Shown here: positions 26,782-28,891 of the stretch, in pieces
How positions within the stretch are numbered: position 1 is the first letter of the stretch
Layout of the letters: every line of letters starts with the position of its first letter
Source of the DNA: an uncultured Acidobacteriota bacterium
GTDB lineage: Bacteria > Acidobacteriota > Terriglobia > Bryobacterales > Bryobacteraceae
Direction: 5' to 3'
Assembly (NCBI GenBank): GCA_963725415.1
Contig: CAVRZY010000294.1
Location: 1-28,891, forward strand
DNA: 28,891 nucleotides
Program-made: the position numbers and the translations under genes
The notes under the pieces: generated by a model
Told to the model about the DNA's origin: nothing
Databases searched by the model: none
What the model saw: the letters and a program-made list of their open reading frames with translations, nothing else

Positions 26782-27036
26782 AAGTTTTTGATGCCGCCGG
26801 CGGCTATGAAAAAAACGAAAGGAAGCACGCAGAAGGAGATAGCGGTCAAAGTAGAGAGGCGTGAGGACGTGAAGCGCGGTTTGCAGGATAAAAATGATGA
26901 AAAGAAGGGTGATTTCGGGGCGTTTTCGCGCGCCGCGGAGTCCGAATATCGAGGAACGGAATCAGAAGCGGGCCGATGATTTGTAAAACGCCGGGTATGT
27001 ATAAAATTCCCGAATGGCTGCCGGGGACTGCGATTT

Positions 27037-27933
27037 TTATATTGATCCACAGAACCTGAAAAATGTATCCGGCGCGTTGCGCGAAGGAATGGATTGCCGG
27101 CGGAGGACATTGAACGCGTCGTAATTGAAAATATGCCCTGAAAGTCGCCCGCAGCGAAACGGTCGATCAACATTCCGCGGAATAAGCGGGAAATCCCCGC
27201 CGAACTGATCCGAATAAAATGGAGAGCCGAACACGATATAGCTGCGGATCAGGAAAGGGAGGACTGGAATCAGCGCGGCGCCGAAGAGTTTAAGGCCGGA
27301 GCGCCGAACAGCGCGCGGCGCCTGTGGATGAACATCCATATCAGCGTGGCGGGTATCAGCATGACGCTGTTGTTGCGGATAAGGTACGCGAGCGCCATCA
27401 GAAGCCCCGCCGCTGGATACTTTTCTTTGAGGAGCGCGTACGCGAATAGTATATAGAAGATCACCTGCCATACTTCCGGCTGGCCGGGTACATGAGCGTG
27501 TATGTCCGAAGAATTGTGGGGGAAAACAGAATCAGAAGCGCGGAGAAGAAGCCGATAGCCGGGTCGAAGAGTTGTTCCCCGACTCTGAAAGTCACAAGGG
27601 GAAGCAGAAACAGGCCGATGAAGGCGGGAATGATGAACGTCCATTGCGTGGCTCTGAAGACGGCGTAGAATGGCACGAGGAAGAACGGATAAAGGTTCCG
27701 CGCTGAGCCGCGGGATGCGGAAGCGGCTGGTTTTTGATTGTGTACGCGCGGATGAGGTCTTCGCGGAGTTCGCCGCGCTCGAAAATGTTGCGGGCGATGC
27801 CGGCGTATTCGAAAGAGTCGCCGTCTGTTACGGGCGCGCGCGCAAGGAGAAATAGATGGAATAAGCAGAAAACCGCCGAGATGACAATCAGCGCCTTCCA
27901 GTATCTGCCTCGGTTTTTTTGCAGGCTGTCCAT
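27037..27933 (-). pseudogene. GT39-family (ArnT/PMT-like) membrane glycosyltransferase N-terminal region, broken into at least four reading frames
   Basis: Pieces in transcription order. 27933-27725: ...RYWKALIVISAVFCLFHLFLLARAPVTDGDSFEYAGIARNIFERGELREDLIRAY. 27697-27461: NLYPFFLVPFYAVFRATQWTFIIPAFIGLFLLPLVTFRVGEQLFDPAIGFFSALLILFSPTIL. 27482-27315: PEVWQVIFYILFAYALLKEKYPAAGLLMALAYLIRNNSVMLIPATLIWMF. 27294-27037: LKLFGAALIPVLPFLIRSYIVFGSPFYSD.... Together these reproduce the GT39 pattern (DE-RYA-IAR-M motif region, KPPLfYW-like helix, further TM helices). Confidence 0.5.
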
Positions 27934-28100
27934 GTTTTGTCCGCCGCTTCCGGCGATTAATTATATAGGACGTCCGGCGCGATGAAAAGCTGGAGTTGAT
28001 GAACCGAGCGGCTGAAAGCGTTTTGAAAAACGTAATACTTCGGCTATAATAAGTGCGGAAGGCCGGGCGCGGCGGCGTGCTTCGGACGGAGGCCGGCTGA

Positions 28101-28891
28101 TTGTCTGAAACGACATACGGAAGAATAATCACGAAAACCCGGAGTATATGTCCCGAATGCGACGGGGTTGTCGATGCGCGCATAGCGGAGCGCGGCGGCC
28201 GCGTTTACATCACGAAGCAATGCCCGGAGCATGGAGAGAATGAGGCGCTGCTTTCGGCGGAAGCCGGATTTTTCATGCGGTGCAGGGAAGAATCCGTCGG
28301 CGCGCCCGTTGGAATGGACTGCGACGTGACCGGCTGCCTGACGTGCATGAGGCACGTCGACCGCGCGAAGACGATAATGATCGACGCGACGGAAAAGTGC
28401 AATCTGCGCTGCACGGCCTGTTTCACAAATACGCACACGGCGGAGAAGCGCGATCCGACGATCGATGAAATATGCGGCGGTCTGAAGGAGTGGAAAACGC
28501 GGCCGGCGGTGCTGCTGTGCGGCGGCGAGCCGACGGTGCGGCCCGACCTGCCGGAACTGATCCGCGCGATCACTTCGCTCGGTTTTGTCGTGAAGATGGC
28601 GTCGAACGGGATCAAACTCACCGATAAAGAATATGTGAGAAGTCTGAAAGACGCGGGGCTTGACTGGGTGCTGTTCCAGTTCGACGGATTTTCAGACGAA
28701 ATCTACAAGCAGACGCGCGGGCGCGAAATGAAAGCGTTGAAGGAAACCGCGCTGGAGAATCTCCGCGAGGCCGGGATCAAGGTGTGCCTTGCGATGATGG
28801 TCGTGAAGGGCTGAACGACGGCGAAATCGGACGCACGATCGATTACGTCATGCGGAGCGACAACATAATGCACATCGGGTGTACCGTGTTG
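28101..28891 (+). CDS. radical SAM protein with N-terminal Cys-rich ribbon (CPEC...CPEH, then CDVTGCLTC) preceding the CNLRCTAC cluster; partial (3' end beyond window); 1-nt indel at the GGG homopolymer 28808-28810
   Basis: MSETTYGRIITKTRSICPECDGVVDARIAERGGRVYITKQCPEHG...MDCDVTGCLTCMRH...IDATEKCNLRCTACF...LLCGGEPTVRPDLPELIRAI...GIKLTDKEY...GLDWVLFQFDGFSDEIYKQTRGRE...AGIKVCLAMMVVKG. The ORF stops at 28812-28814, but the +1 frame continues LNDGEIGRTIDYVMRSDNIMHIG, a normal radical SAM beta6 region. Confidence 0.8.

Noticed and set aside
26788-26979. 63-aa Lys/Glu-rich plus-strand ORF and the overlapping 159-aa minus-strand ORF (26694-27173)
   Set aside because: Both lie in the A-rich junction region. 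The minus-strand ORF runs antisense into the kinase fragment. Neither has a motif, so they are probably non-coding or debris of the GT39 wreck.

Overview
GC-rich bacterial chromosomal segment, roughly 63-67% GC by hand count on 60-nt samples. The gene content suggests an Acidobacteria-type soil bacterium (inference): paired membrane Ser/Thr kinases with TolB-like beta-propellers, a Tat-signal DUF362 protein and many secreted hydrolases. Positions 1 to ~24150 read as ordinary chromosome: the C-terminus of a squalene/phytoene-synthase-family gene, a convergent B12-binding radical SAM (DUF4070 type), two tandem paralogous kinase-propeller genes flanking an orphan HicB-like gene, two divergent paralogous beta-lactamase-family serine hydrolases, an Smr protein, a secreted protein built of three ~110-aa internal repeats, a ccmH-like/hypothetical/DUF362 operon, a YtrA(GntR)-SPFH-small membrane protein-ICMT methyltransferase operon, a secreted nitroreductase-family protein, apbC(mrp), an alpha/beta-hydrolase-domain protein, tsaD and queA. 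From ~24150 to the window end the composition becomes a patchwork. It holds a ~55% GC DUF1998 remnant, a ~70-75% GC internal fragment of a sensor kinase, and a ~45-58% GC block with a shattered GT39 glycosyltransferase and a Cys-rich radical SAM. Every piece is truncated or frameshifted, and queA loses its 3' end at the first junction. At least eight single-base frameshifts interrupt otherwise conserved genes across the window, one at a GGG homopolymer. Indel sequencing error or a chimeric/MAG-type assembly is the most economical explanation, so pseudogene calls are provisional. I found no intact recognisable defence or mobile-element system. The most interesting signals are: a family of related long palindromic elements (302-447 and 10029-10088); the YtrA-SPFH-ICMT module with an operator-like palindrome over its start codon; the triple-repeat secreted protein; mosaic identity between the kinase paralogs; a CcmH homolog with CC in place of CXXC; and the decayed DUF1998 island next to truncated queA.
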